Positions 1 through 14,305 of a stretch of 64,000 nucleotides of DNA are shown here, piece by piece. The notes under the pieces are model-generated. The model worked only from the letters and a program-made list of their open reading frames with translations. It searched no databases and had not been told where the DNA came from. Origin of the DNA: Gordius albopunctatus (taxonomy: Eukaryota); contig OZ193909.1 in the NCBI GenBank assembly GCA_964276515.1, forward strand, positions 4,464,001 through 4,528,000. Direction: 5' to 3'. The translations under genes were made by a program, and so were the position numbers. Numbering within the stretch: position 1 is the stretch's first letter; every line of letters starts with the position of its first letter.

Positions 1-403
1 CATATTTTTGCCATGGCAATTTCAATTCATCTGCTGATTTTGAATATTCAGAATCTGAAGATGACGACGATGTAATATTATGATTGTCCATATTAACCTA
101 TAAATTAAACTATAATTAACAATATCAAACTAATTAACTTTAATCTTATCTTCTTTTGCACGTTATAGTATGTTAAAAGTATTCCGGAATTGGTAATAGG
201 AAACAGGAAAAACAGCTGATTAAAAAATATAATACTTTTTTGTTAAAAATTCGGATTGACATTAATTTTCTAATAAATAAAAACAAAAAAGGGTTTTTAA
301 AATTGAACGAACGTTAAATTCGAACGCTTTCATCAAAAAAAGGAACGCGTTCACGTTCAAAGTTTACCAAAAAATAAAAGAACGCCGTTCATGAACGCGT
401 TCA
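1..403. repeat. Dispersed repeat with GAACGCGTTC subterminal motifs (non-autonomous DNA transposon), partial copy
   Basis: Aligns by eye with about 47527-47885 and ends in clustered GAACGCGTTCA(CGTTC) motifs. Directly abuts a MITE starting at 406. Confidence 0.75.
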
Positions 404-405
404 TA

Positions 406-1311
406 GGAGACCGGGGCTAGTCGTAGCCCTTTTTGTAAAATAATAATGATATATTATTAAAATTTAAACCATATATCCATGCTTTCATGAGGAATAATAA
501 GTAAAAAAATTTTTGTTTAGAAAAAATAAAATTTAAAATTTTTATGGATGAAAAACGATTTTTCGGGGCTATTAGTAGCCTTGACAAAATTTTGTATTTT
601 GCACATAAAATTTTTTTGGCTCTATATTTTGGACTAATTTATGTTTTATCTTATAAAGAGGTATTTTTTATATAAAACCGCCTAATGATTAAATTTTTAT
701 TCGCAATATAACATGTTGAATTATTAATTGTTCATAAAAATAGGGGTCGGGGCTTGTTATAGCCATTTTTCATTGGGCCTTACAAATGAAAAGATTTAAA
801 AAACAAAAATCTTGTTTATAATTCAACTTAGTGTAATTAGGAATAGAAATAGACTATGATTATACTTAAAAAAACGACTAGAAGTTTTTTTTACATGGCA
901 GAATATGTCTTTTAGGTCTACTTAAGTCAGATTATCATCTTGACCCTTTTTTATTTTTTTATTATATAAAATACAATCATATTACATTTAAATTTTCTTT
1001 TTTTTATATAATGTAACAATATTTTTATTGATTTAAGTTAGCATACACTATTAAGAATTTAAAACATCAGGGTTAATCTATCACCTAAACAGCTATAACT
1101 AACCCCGGGCACTTTTGAAATTTTTAGGATTTTTGATTTTTTTGAACTCAATTTATAAAAAAACTCTACGCTCTTTTTTTCTCAATTTCCTTTCCTATAA
1201 TAGAAATAAACTATAAAAATGTATTCCAATAAAAAAATTATAAAAATCTTCATTAGTTTTTTTAAAAAAGTGGTTTAATTTTTTTATGGCTATTTAGGCC
1301 CCGGTCTCCCC
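406..1311. mobile_element. MITE with GGAGACCGGGGC TIRs and TA flanks (Tc1/mariner-pogo type)
   Basis: Left end TA|GGAGACCGGGGCTAGTCGTAGCC; right end GGCTATTTAGGCCCCGGTCTCCCC|TA. The GGGGCT..TAGCC motif recurs internally near 565 and 750 and inverted near 1092. Confidence 0.75.
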
Positions 1312-1940
1312 TATCCATTAAGTGTAGCAAACGGTTTAAATGACCGGATCAATGGATGCGATAAATTTTGCCCTTGCCCAAAGTTATAATTTGTTTAATA
1401 ATATCCAACCAAGGTTCACGGGCGGGCGTGGCTAGGATTGAAACTGACGGGATTAAAAATGTATAGCTTAGGGAGGAGGAAAAATGAAATGATTTCCTTT
1501 CATGATTCTCCCCTTGTCCAATACATATAAAAATATATTAGTTGAGGGATGGGGGGGGGGTGAGGGAGGATCGGCTGCTCCCCCTAAGTCCAAATATTTG
1601 TTGGAACTTATTAAAATTATGGCTAATATTTCAGGAAATGACCAACCATTTTGCCCCTCTCTAAATCATTATTGCCCCCCTCAAATCCCAATGCTGCCTA
1701 CGTCCATACCATCGCCTGGGTACGCCTTTATAGATGTGCGAGAATAAAGTATTATGCGCCAAAATGACAATCTAGGCGCTTAAATCTCCTATTGACTGCA
1801 CCATTAAGACCGGAAAGCTGTGATCAATTTTTCTGTAATATCTCCTAAATCAAAGCCCCGTGTACAAGTTTTCATTCAGGGCTTCTCCTTAAGTTGAATC
1901 ACTATTTCGTTACTTTCATCGTGGATTTTCTATCATCCAG

Positions 1941-4900
1941 GTGCCTAACCAAAGATTATAAACCCGCTCAACTCAAGCCCACCAGCGTAGTGATAGTGTT
2001 TCACAACGAAGCCTGGACCACCCTGCTAAGGACGATACACAGCATAATTAACAGGTCCCCAGCCCACCTTATTGCCGATATCGTGTTAGTGGATGACGCC
2101 AGTGATCGGGGTGTGCATTACATTACTACTGCCCCTACTCCAATAGAAATTGAGTTTTAAACAGCGCTACCATTCGACCTCGAAAAAAACTTAGTTGACG
2201 TTTTATATTTTCTAACAAACACAGTGTTTAAACTTGATTTTCAGTCGATATCAGCCCTTTTTTGAGCTCAGTTTTAGGTGACAAAAGACAGCGTGATAGT
2301 TTACATCTTACATTATGCTTTTAAAAATGTGGAATTTGGTGTATTTATATATAAATAAAGCTGTGTGTATTATAAATTGAAAAAAAATGTTTTTATTAAT
2401 ATACAGCGATAGATTTAAAACTAATATTTGCGTTTTGTTGTAGCAATATCTATATTTCTTCGAATTTTCAATCCTAAACTATCCCCTGATGTAAAGGTCA
2501 CCAAATAAACTCATTAGTTTCAGTGTTGAAGATGTCAATTTATAGTCAATGGATCCAAACTTTGAATGGTTTGCCGTCTTTGACTAGTCAAAAGTCATTG
2601 CAGTCTTTTTGGAAACCTTTTATTTATATATTGTGTTTTTAATGGCGCGTTCCTAGTTAATTTTATGCGTTTCAATTTATCAATGTTTGCCCTACCCATT
2701 TCAAAACTTGACTTAAATTTGGCGATAAATTTTCAATTTTTCCCGTCACACCTTCTTTTTATCCTGTAAGGATGTCTCCTCGTCTTATAACTAAATATTT
2801 AGTTGACGCTCTAGGGTGAAACATTAGTTGAAGATAAACGATAAAAAGGCAATTTTATGCCTCCCAACTGATCGAATTCTAATTTTATGCCCACTTTCTG
2901 GCCGTCCTCGAGAGGTTTCGTGTGCCCTTTAAATCTGCGTATCTAATTGAAAAAGAGCAGCGGGGTGTCTTTAAAAGGGGAGCAGAGGGTCTAAATGCCC
3001 TTTCCGCCTTTGACTTTTATGATGGAAAGATGATCTAATTGAAAGAAACTCGGAAGACCCAATTTGATGTTTTGTCTTTATCGGGACCGGGCTAATAAAA
3101 TTATTCAATTAGTGCTGTAAAAGGGCCGGGTTTGTTCGTTCCACCTTTGGTTTTGGTCTATTAAACAGAATCAGACCAAGGGTTTGACCGAAAAACCGTT
3201 GCCAGCCCTCTTTCAAGACTGTATTCAAATATTAGGGTTTCTTTCGACAAATTTTCTCGTGGGGGTTGTTGATATGAGTTAAATAAAAGTAATTGATCGA
3301 TCGGATGTGCATTATATGTGTCTAACTCAATATAGAGCTATTTCATGCATATCCGGGAGATACTTTAAGCAAAGAGGGTTATCCCCCCCCCCTTTCTCAA
3401 AGCTGTGTCTATAATATATTATTGCAACTAGCTAAACCTATATATCTATATATAATATACATTGTTGTTGGAATAGAATTCCTGAAAAGGCAACTCGACG
3501 ATTACCTCGACGCCATAAGGCACTCCGTCAGCATCCAAATGATTCGACTCAAAGAACGATCCGGCTTGATCAAAGCACGGTTAATAGGAGCCCACGCGGC
3601 AGCCGGACCCATTATAACATTCCTGGACGCGCATTGCGAAGTGGGCATCGGCTGGTTAGAGCCCCTGCTCTACGAAATTTACTTGAGCAGGTTAGGCAAT
3701 CAATAATTTTAATCTTCCTTAACAGGAATCCTGTGTTTGTGCATGGGCGTAACCAAGGGGCCTCCCCCCCCCTAAATTCAAATTTTTTGGTCTAATTTTA
3801 ATAAAATTATGGGTAAAATTTTAGAAAATGTTCATTTTGCCCCTCCCTAAATCATTATTGCCCCCCCTCTAATCCCAATGCTGGCTAGGCTACGCCCAAA
3901 CTTTTTATAGCCGCGATGAATACCGAGCTGCTGAGATGCGGTGTAGTGATGATCAAAACCTAGGTCAGGTTTTCCCGAGGTCCAACCTCAGGTCGGTTTT
4001 AGGTTCGAGTGTTCAAAAACCTTCTCAGGTTGCCTGATCAAAACCTAGGTTTTGATCATCACTAATGCGGTGTGAAAGATTATAAATATGTGGAAAATGT
4101 CTAAAATATAGTGTTATTTGACATATAGTAATTTCATTTCTTTAAGAATTTGGCTAAAAGAAGATCGTCAACAATGTGATTATAAAAGGGATCTAAGCTC
4201 TTTATGACTAAGAATTCCATTTTTAAAGGATATATGTTACGAGGAAATTAAATATGGTTAATAAACACTAAACAACAGTTTATTGGAATCGAGTTTGAAA
4301 TAAAATTTTTATTAACAATGTTGAATCAAGCTAATTTTGCTCGATTAAATACGATGAAATTGTTTAGCTTTAAAATCACAAGTTTTGGATTGGGACTTTC
4401 AAGACAACTGCACCACTTTAGTGGCCCATTTTTATTAAGCCTACCTTACTTACTCCTATAAAATGATAGCGGTATCATATGCAATAGCCGATCCATTTTA
4501 CATAAGGCGTAATTTTGGCCCTGCGAAAAACAAGGACCAAAATGGCCATTCATACACGACTTGTTTTTCTCAGTGTGTTCTTCCAGGCCTATCACCCCCA
4601 CAGCTTAAAATCATTCCTTTGTATGCTGCACCCAGAAAATCGGTATTTTAATCGAGGGGAATAGGCCCTATCTCCCTTACCGTCAAGTAAATAACTAGGC
4701 TGTATATATTTTATATCCTTTCTTATAAACTTTGACGGGTGTAGAAGCAACGTAGCGGCGCCGATCATAGACGTGATCAGCGACGAGACTTTCGAATACG
4801 TGCCCGCCTCCGACATGACTTGGGGAGGATTCAATTGGCACCTCAATTTCCGGTGGTACACCGCACCTCCCAGAGAATTGGAGAGGCGAATGGGGGATCG

Positions 4901-7900
4901 AACCCTACCCGTTCTGTAATCCATTTTTACACTCTGGTTTTATGCAAGCTAAGCTAAATTTTAGTAATGAATAAAAACTGACATGAGATTTAAACGAGCA
5001 TTTTTCTTTGAAAATTGCAAATTTTTTATAAATTATTTTGTTTCGGGTTAAAGGGCTGTTTTTTAACTTGAAATTTCCCTTTTTATGCCGTTTCACACTT
5101 TTCTAAAAAATCAAAGTCGCGTTGCTTTCCCCTCTTCTAAAGAAATCTCTGTGGCTGTTATTGGCAAAGAGGTGTGGAAGCCTCTTTAATTTTCAATAAA
5201 ATAACCCAAAAATGTGCGGTCTAGCAATTAATCTCATAAAAATATGACACAGGTCACCAACTATGGCCGGAGGGCTTTTCGCTATAGACAAGGCCTACTT
5301 CCAAGAACTCGGCGAGTACGACCCGGGCATGGAGGTTTGGGGAGGAGAAAATTTGGAGATGTCCTTTCGAGTACATATTTACTTTGCGCTCCTCTATGCA
5401 TTTATTTAATTTTATTAATCTCATCACTCCCTAATTTTGCCCTTTCCCTTCCACCAAGCAAGGAATAATAAGCTGTCTTTCTTTCGCATCTCGTGTCTTA
5501 TTGATTTGCGCCTAGGAAGTATAATAGCTATGATTCAAAAAACGGGACTTTTCCATCGGAGAGTAGTGTTAAAAATAAGTTTTCTCGGAGCATTCAATGG
5601 ATTTTGTGCTAAATTGGAATTTATATCTTGTATAAATTTCATTTTTTGCGACATTTATTTTGACCCTAATATTTGGGGCGCTTAGATTTGGATGTGCGGG
5701 GGCACTTTGGAAATCGTGACTTGTTCCAGGGTCGGGCACGTGTTTCGTAAAACCAGCCCCTACACTTTCCCCGGGGGCGTTAGCCACGTCATAAACAAGA
5801 ATCAGAGACGCACGGCGGAAGTGTGGTTGGACGAGTGGAAAAATTTTTACTTCAAAATTAACCCATGTATTGGTTCATTCCTCGCCATACAAACTTTTTT
5901 TAAGCGGGACAATTTGTATATGAATGCCCTTCTTTTGGACGTATAAAATTTAGTCTTGCTTTCTTTTTGTTACACCAAATTAACTTTTTAAATAGTGAAG
6001 GAGAGGGGATATAAAAATTATACTTCTACTCATAACATTATTTTTAAATTAGCTGTCACGAGCACTTGCTTCCTGATGTGCAATGTTATCTAATATGTAT
6101 TAATTCAGAGGTTTGTTGAAAAAGAAAATTGGAATTAATTTAGAAAACACGCGATTTAGTTTTATTGAATTTTAAATTTATAATATAAACTTTAGTATTA
6201 AATAAGGAATTTTGTTGAATAAGAAATTTGGAATTCATTTAGTTTCATTCAATTTTAAATTTATAATATAACTTTAGTATTAAATAAGTTATAATCATCG
6301 TTAAAGCTTAGAGAATTTATTTTATCTTCTTAGGTATTTTACTTTTTAAATTATATGCTCAGTCTTGATTTTCATAAGATTCACTGTAATAAATTTAAAA
6401 TTTTGAGGCTAAATTTGTAATTAACGTCGATAATGCAGATTTGTGGATTTTTATAGATCATAATGACCTATTGCCCCTGTACTCTTAGTCTGTATGGTTA
6501 CATGGGAATGGATGCGTTATTTTTCAAAATAATATTTTATTTAGAGGGGCTTTTAATTAGCAAAATGCATGTTTCAAGGTCTGAGAGAAGTTTTTAGATG
6601 ATATAATGTGACTGATTAAACAATGGCACATCACTTTCGACCGACTCTCTGTTAAATTTTGGGCCCAATTGGCGCCCTGTAATATTTTTAAATATTTTTT
6701 TTTGTAATTCAAATGATTTTATTAGGTACAAATGATAAACGAGCATAAAATAATATAAATAAAATACAATTCATCCGATTCGTCAAGAGATTTGCATTAG
6801 GGCAATCAGATTTGTTTTAATTGCACTATCCGAAATTATTTCATCACCAATTCGATTTCCGTAGCGAGTACAACGGTCGAAGCGGGAGATATAACCGATA
6901 GGTTGGAATTGAGGAAGAAATTGCAGTGCAAATCGTTCAAATGGTACCTGGAAAATGTGTATCCCGAATCTCAAATGCCCAGGGAATTCATATCATTAGG
7001 CGAAGTATGAATATTTTACGAAAAATTCCCCAGTTTAATATTCAAAGATTTAAACGTCTAATTTTTGCAAACTTTTTTCCATCGTATCAAAACCGTTAAA
7101 CATTTTTTTTTGGGGGGGGGCGATTGCCTATTTAGATAAAGCACGACTCATTGAACATGTGTTTCGACACCATGGGCCGCAAAGGGCTTGAGAATATCGG
7201 GCTCTTCACTTGCCACAACCAAGGTGGCAATCAGGTATGAATGAATGCCATACCATAAATATTGGTATTAATATTTGTTTTCCAAATCCAATTACCCAAT
7301 CAATCAATATGTAAAAGTATATTACGGGATTGTTTGAAGGAGGTATTAAACAAGCGAATGTGTAACGTGGGATTTACGGGGGCTTCATTGAAAATGAGGA
7401 TATATTTTGATTTTTGGGGTTTAGAAAAGAAGTGTGATTATTAGTTTTTCCCGAAAAATCTATGGACTTCTACAAAATTAATTGGTGAAGTTTAAACGTA
7501 TCAGAGACTTTATAAAAATTTGTGGGACAAATATGGACCTCATGAAATTTTGCATCTCGTTAGGCGCGATGAAAATGCACCTTAGCTGCCTATCAATTTT
7601 AAGTTGCCACACCGCGGGGTTATAATACAAACGGGGATTTTTATAAAGCATTATTTAATGAAATACGGATCTGATCAAATGATTTGCATTTTTTGCGTGT
7701 CCAGGTATTTATGTACAGCGCGGAAAAGTTGTTGCAGAACGACGATCTTTGCCTCCAACCCGATCCCCTAAATAAGTTTGTCATCATGTCGCCGTGCAAC
7801 ACAGACGTCAAGGCTCAGCAATGGAATTACGATAAGGAGGTATGTCAAATTACATGCGGGATTTTAAGATTTTGTTTGTTGTATATGTTAAACTAGCTCG

Positions 7901-8370
7901 AAATAAGAGTTTTGGTCGATCATTATATATCAACAGCAGTTATTCGAAGTTTAACAAGCTGATCTATGTTGTGCTACCACTCTAATAATCATTTGTTTTG
8001 CAATTGTGAAGGATAAAAAGGTGTTTTAGCTAATTTGTTTTAATTCATATGCTGTTCTTGGCAAACTTTGATAATAAAAAATCAAGCTTCAACTAAGTGT
8101 GATGATAGGTCTAAAATTTCGATTCTTTGCATTTTATTAGGGAGACTTTGTTGCTTTTCCCCTCATCTTTTTGGATTAAAAGGTATAATTTTTGTATTAA
8201 TTTAAAATAATTTTATTGGCTCGCGCTCTCAGACGCAAACCATACAAAATGCGGATGCTAAGTTATGTATAACACTCCCACTCTCCGAGCAATTCGACAA
8301 AATCCCTCTCTCACCTTGCTCAAAGAAGGGTCAAGCTCAAAAATGGCATTTCGTTAATCTTTCCCTCTGA
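1941..8370 (+). CDS. GALNT1-like: Polypeptide N-acetylgalactosaminyltransferase paralogue A (GT27 catalytic domain plus ricin-B lectin), multi-exon, 5' exons outside window
   Basis: GT-AG exons: 1941-2110, 3477-3690, 4745-4915, 5253-5370, 5686-5866, 6865-7004, 7136-7234, 7705-7839, 8233-8370 (TGA). Phases join in frame. Motifs: [36 protein letters not shown] (DxH), [55 protein letters not shown], lectin [14 protein letters not shown] and QxW repeats. Confidence 0.95.
3944..4064. mobile_element. 121-bp hAT-type MITE in a gene A intron
   Basis: 22-bp TIR TAGTGATGATCAAAACCTAGGT; perfect 8-bp TSD ATGCGGTG (3936-3943 and 4065-4072). Confidence 0.9.
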
Positions 8371-9407
8371 ATCAAGCTTAACCGCCCTCCCTCAGGATTA
8401 GGACTAAAAATGAGGATAATGCGGAGATCGCGGTGCACTCGGTTGTTCAGGGACTTTGCTCGTTCCCTTTGATTCCCATCATTTCCCCCCCACCCGTTAA
8501 ACATTACAATACTCGCATCAAAAAGTTTATTATACATTTTTAAAATTATTTTTGTCTCATTTCGATAAACTTCTTTTCCTCCACCCCCAAAAATCCATGC
8601 CATACAATGCCATCCATTTTAAATTAATCTCTCATCATTTCAACTTTTTCCATTGATGTGTAGTCTCGGTGACGCCTCGTATCGCTCGCTAATAAAGAGA
8701 TTTCGACGATTAATGTTAAACAAGCCGTATTTTGTGACTGAATCTTCATTTATGATTCCACACTTTCAACCACTTTTTTAACGACATTACTACGCTAAAA
8801 TTGTTTTTAAACGTTTTTACTTTGAAAATTTTTTACAACCAAAATTGTATCAACATTGTATGTTTCGAGCGGGCATTACGTATTATTGGATTCTCATTAA
8901 TATTGCTATGTTAATTTATATATTCACGAAGATCTGCCTACCATGACCATGTTACTATTTAAAAGCGCACCGCCTTGTTGACTGTTTCCTTCAGCCTCTA
9001 CTTTTTTGAATTTAATGTATTTGCATTCAATTTGTTTCAAAAATTTTGTTTTGTTAGCCATTTATGATTAATTTCTCGTGGTTTATCATATTAATTTCAG
9101 TTATAAGTTTAATTTTAATAAACTATCTCCGACGGATAACCACAATAATTTTTAAAAAATGCTGTGGAAACATTTACACATAGACTAGATAGACTGCTAA
9201 TCAACGCACAAAAGGCGTACCCTTGACAACATGGTAAAGTAGTTATTATATATGTGTTAGTAATTTTTGTAAATTATATAATCTTGAAAAGTGAAGAATT
9301 ACTACTTTATTTGTTTCAATTATACAATTACAATTTATTCCGAATCGTGATAATAATACAAATTAAAGCAAAATCTTTATAATACTGGAAAAAATGTTAG
9401 TTCGTGG

Positions 9408-10545
9408 TAGAGGTCTGCAGGGGCCGGGCCGGACCTGAAAATGAGCACTAAAAAAAGTGCGGGCCGGGCTTGGGCTTTGATAAGTGATAAAATTTAAATA
9501 TATTAAACTCTATACTATCATTATAGTATTGACACAAAAAAATGCATTTATTATCTTGATGATAAAAAATTTATTTTTTCTAACAAAAATTTCTTTTTTA
9601 AACAGTATTATTTTGAGGGAAAATTTAATATTATATTTTTCGTTAATTAAGTAAATTAATTGAATGGATAGAAGGTAGTGTTTGTTTTTAACTTCATTGT
9701 TTATTTTTTCCCTCGCTTTTCAAATTTTTAGATTGCTTAATATTTGTTCCAAGATCTCATTGACGTTGTTTTAAGCTTTAAGGTAATTCATTAAAAAAAT
9801 TTATTTTATAATTAATTAGTTTTACCTACACTTCTCCTACTTATTACAAACTTATAATATCAACATTGCTATTCTTGTTAAAACCATGTTAACACAAACT
9901 TTAAATAAATTAATGCAAGAAGATCCTAGCTCTTCTTGCATCAGTCGTCCATCTCTGAGCAATTCAGCTCAGGTATGTAGGCAATTAGCGATTGGTGAAG
10001 TCGATATGGATATCTCCGTTTGGGAGGACGATGAAAGAGAGCAGATTGAGGAGAGCAATGAAGTTGATACTAATGTTAAATTAAATCTTAAACCGGAAGA
10101 TGATGAGCTTGATGTTATTTCATGGTGGAAAGAACACGAACTTATCCTACCTAATTTGACAAAGTTAGCTGTACAGTTTTTGGCAATTCCAGCCACAAGC
10201 GCTACAAGTGAACGCACGTTTAGTAAGGCAAGTCGCCTAATAGAACAAAGAAGAACAAGACTACTACCTGATAGAATAGACAGTTTATTATTTTTAAATG
10301 ACAATATTGAATTATAATTTTTTTATTAATATCGTTTTTATATGCTATAACAATTTTTTTCATACATGCAAAATTGTTTCTATACAAATGAATTTTTTTG
10401 AAAACACTGAAGCTTTTTTCTCGTGTGGGCCTGATGCGGTGCATTTTTTGTTGTTTTTTTGCGGGGCGGGTATGGGTAAAAAAAATATATTTGTGCAGGT
10501 ATGGGCCGGGCCTGACCCTGAAATTTCGGCCCATGCAGACCTCTA
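9408..10545 (+). mobile_element. Internally deleted hAT transposon retaining the C-terminal dimerisation domain
   Basis: TIR TAGAGGTCTGCA, GGCCCG-rich subtermini, perfect TSD GTTCGTGG (9400-9407 and 10546-10553). ORF 9886-10317 has WWKEHE..P.L..LA..FLAIPATSATSERTFS..RR.RL, the hAT dimerisation motif. Confidence 0.93.
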
Positions 10546-10625
10546 GTTCGTGGTATACAAATTATGATGATGGTGAATTCGATATATCTTCAGGTTTTTC
10601 ATAATGCGCAGATGTTAGTGAAGCC

Positions 10626-12490
10626 CAGTGGCGTAGCTAGGGTGGCCCAAGAGCAAAAACTGGGCCCTAAGACTCCCCCCCCAAGGGAAAAATCATGGGC
10701 CCTTCGGCCCCTTAAGCAATTTTTTTTATATTATCTTAATTAAAAAACAATATGATTATAATTATTTGTGTTTGAATAAAACTTTTAATTATATTATTAC
10801 AATTAAAGATGCTGTATAAGACAATAAAGGATGCTAATTTTATTAAATTTTTGAGTCGACATAATTCCATTCTTTATAATAAGGCTAAAGATTTAGCTTG
10901 AAATTTTGATATTTCATCAAATTTAGGACACTTTTTACTCTTTTAAATCTATCAATTCATCAATTGATTTCAAATAGAATAATAGCAGAAATAAAAATAA
11001 GATTTTCGGAAATTAATTGTAATTTATATAACTCTTTAGACGGTTTAAATTTTTTATCCCCTTTTTTTGCGATAAATCTCTTTTATCAAAAGTAATTAAC
11101 CATTATGAGTTAGAACTGCGAGATGCCGAAATAATAATGGCAAAAAATTATGTAATACATTATAATCCTTTACCTTCATATAAAATAAAATGCAATGATA
11201 TTTTTCACTTATTAAAATTTTACCCTCAACAATGTTTCCAAATTTTACTATATTGATTTTTTTTAAATATATCAATTCGTTTTTATTTAAATGGTTTAAA
11301 AAAATTACATACACGACTAAAAAATATTTAAAACGCGCTAAAACTAAACGGATGGCATTGATCCGTGTATGGAAATCGTGTTGCATTTAACGATTTCCAT
11401 TGTGATCTTTTTAAAATAATTTTAAATATCCCAATAATTTCGTGTTCACGCGAAAGATCGTTCTCATTGCTAAAACGGATTAAAACTTTAGTCTATGATT
11501 AAATTAAAACTAATCTTCGTTCCACAATTGGACAAGATAGGTGATTTTCCTTAGCTTTATTGAGCTTACAACATGACTTTATAGATGTCATTTCCCTGGA
11601 TGATATTACAAATTCATTTGCAACATCGAGTAAAAAGGCGTACGTAATGAACTACTATTATCTAAAGACTAATTTTAATATTTAATGAAGAAATATCTGG
11701 GCTTTTAAACTCGTTTTAAACTTTTTAACACTTTCAAATTATATTAAAATAGCATAAAATTCACGAGAATCCCATCCTAGATTCAATTTATTTGTCTGCT
11801 TATGGCTCAACATATCTTGCATATTTTTACGTATTAAATGCACATATAAAGACAATACCATTTTTCCCCTTTATTAGTGAACCCCATCATAAGTTTGAGC
11901 AGCACATATTGCTTTTAAATTTATATTAATAAAAAATTCCTGAATTTTATTTTGTTAAAAAGCTTATTTTCAAGAAACAAGGTTACATTCATAAGCGAAA
12001 TACAAAAATAAAGACATATTGGTTAAATACAAAGATCTATTTGTTAATCGATCAAAACTTTCACAAGGGATAAATTTCCTAAAAAATTCCTTTTGTTGTG
12101 TCATTGGATTCAAGGAAATGTACACAAACACCAAGTTGTTCTGTGCATCTCACATCTCTAATTTCATCTAAAATTATCAGATAAGATTTTGATTCATTTA
12201 ATTTGGACAGAATATTTTTAAAGATCATTTTAGCCGTTGAATTTATTATTTCAGTTTCAATTTTTGGTGGTGTAAAGGGGGTTTGTGCAAATAAATCTAT
12301 AATATCATCAGGGGCAATAACTTTTAAATACTCATTCTTGCATTTGCGAATTTCGATTTCACAATTAAGTTTTTTTGTATTTTATTTTATAATTTCGCCT
12401 TTTTAGGATCTGAGTCTGACATTAAAAAAAGTTTCTAAATGTATTATTGTTTTACGGATATAAACCGCCTCCCCTGGCTATGCCCATGAA
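10626..12490 (-). mobile_element. Decayed hAT (ZMYM1/DUF4371-type) transposon remnant
   Basis: End begins CAGTGGCGTAGCTAGGG. Minus-strand fragments translate to IILDEIRDVRCTEQLGVCVHF (about 12115-12185) and AAQTYDG (about 11885-11905), matching DETTD..EQL and GQ.YDG motifs. Many stops; the right boundary is uncertain. Confidence 0.65.
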
Positions 12491-13149
12491 TTCATTTGTA
12501 CACAATGTGAAGTTTTTTATATTGTCTTGATATAATCGTTTCTCAACTACATTACTTTGTTTTATTTATGAATAAATTTTATTTATTTTATGCCCTATAA
12601 ACACCAGGGATCTGAGACATACCAGTGTGATTTTATAAGAAAAAATAGACAAAGTAGAAGCGCAATTTTAAGCATGACCAACGTTTAAGAGGGAAAAAAT
12701 TTTAAATTGCGTTCTATCTATGGGCTTAGTCAGGATTTGGATTAGGGGGAAGAGCCAAAATGTTTTAAGTTCAATTGGGTGGAAGGCAAAACATATATTT
12801 TTTTTATTTTTTAAGAGATTTTGTATTGAAAAATTCTTTTTTGTCATTTTAAATGTAAAGAGAGCAATGGTAGAAAGTGAAATAGCACAGACATAAAAAT
12901 AGAGAGTTGAATAGAATAGGGGGAATTTAGAAAAATAGAGTAGAGAGTAACAACTGCGACAGGCGGGATGCCACAAAAAGGTAAATAAAAAATATTGAAT
13001 TAGGTAGATATCAAAAACAGCATTCTAAAATAAATATCATTTACACAATACATAAAAATAAAAAATGTAAAAACTGTGATGAAAGAATGTTTATAAATGT
13101 TGCGCCATCTATATTTTGTATAATATTATTAACTCATTGACGACGTTCG

Positions 13150-13420
13150 TTCTAATTTATAAACTAGTGAACCAGAAACCTCTCCAACACAAACACCAAA
13201 TCAAAAGGATTGGGGGAATGCTTGCTTGGTTTTCCGCTCCGTTGCTTATTTTCTTTCGAGCTGCGATACAAAACAACATTCCAACCTTAGATCTTTGCTG
13301 TTTGATAAATCTGGACGTGAATGGCTCGAGGCTTTTCCTACCAAGTTCACCAATATGATGTTAGAGGACTACAATAAAGCACTACGCTTTGGAATAAAAT
13401 ACTCTCCCTTTCAGAATTCT
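13150..13420 (+). mobile_element. CRE-clade (RLE) non-LTR retrotransposon fragment
   Basis: Translates to P..NQKDW and SGREWLEAFPTKFTNMMLEDYNKALRFG, resembling the SG.WL.A.P...L.D..LRLG segment after the CRE RT domain. Homologous to fragments near 30000 and 37000. Confidence 0.55.
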
Positions 13421-13796
13421 ATGGAAAAATGGCGTTGGCTTTATACAAAGAAATAGGCAGGCGAGCCTCTCCCTCTAAATATTTCCCCGCATTTTTATTG
13501 AAAAACTCGATAGCAATCTTAATTGCAAAATTTAATTTCAAATCTTTTTTGAATTCCTGGCCTCTTCTTAAAGAGGAAGATGAAGACTTATTATTCATAT
13601 AATATTTTTTAATATTATTATAATATAATTGTAGTATTTTATGTTTAAATATATATCAATAAACTAACTTTATATCTCAAAAAAGGACTTTTTAAGCCCA
13701 AAATGACATGGTTGAAATAAAGCAGTAGTTGTCTGCAAAATGGAGGAAAATTTGACATACAATTTACCATATGGAACATATGGCATGAGCAGTCTA

Positions 13797-14305
13797 GATT
13801 CTTATTCAGAAAAAAAAGCTCTTCAAAAAAAAGCTGATCAGAAAAAAAGCTAATAAACCAATAGGGAGATTTGGCAATTTCGACGTATAGTGCATACCAT
13901 CTAATGTAATTTAGGAATATTTAGCAATTTCTGCGTATAGTGCAGAATATCTAATTGAGAATTTAAACGTATTCTCCCGCAATTTAGATTAATCCGTGGA
14001 TTTTAGATTCTTTCGCAATTTAACCTTATAACGGAAGTTTTCCCACTATTTTTGAATATCCCATTTTTATACCATTTTTGAATATCTCTACTATTTTTAG
14101 ATATCTTATTAATAAATCTAATTATTAAATTTTATTTTTAAAAATCCTATTTTTTATATCTAACACATTTTTATATAATTTTATTTTCCAATTTTATTTT
14201 CAAATGTGCTATGCGACATGCTCCTCATAAGACATCAAATACATTTTAGGGTCTAGATTTTTTATTAGCTTTTTTCCTGATCAGCTTTTTTTTTGAACAG
14301 AAACG
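13797..14305. mobile_element. MITE with AAAAAAAGCT-rich imperfect TIRs
   Basis: Left AAAAAAAGCTGATCAGAAAAAAAGCTAATAAA is the inverse of right TTTATTAGCTTTTTTCCTGATCAGCTTTTTTT. GCAGTCTA is repeated at 13789-13796 and 14306-14313. Confidence 0.6.

Noticed and set aside
1894..2160. ORF-track GALNT fragments as separate small genes or pseudogene pieces
   Set aside because: They are exons with read-through into introns; they splice in frame into intact genes.
6110..6290. AT-rich tandem duplication of about 95 bp in a gene A intron; similar short direct repeats at 14493/14671 and 33795/34182
   Set aside because: Ordinary local duplications with no further structure.
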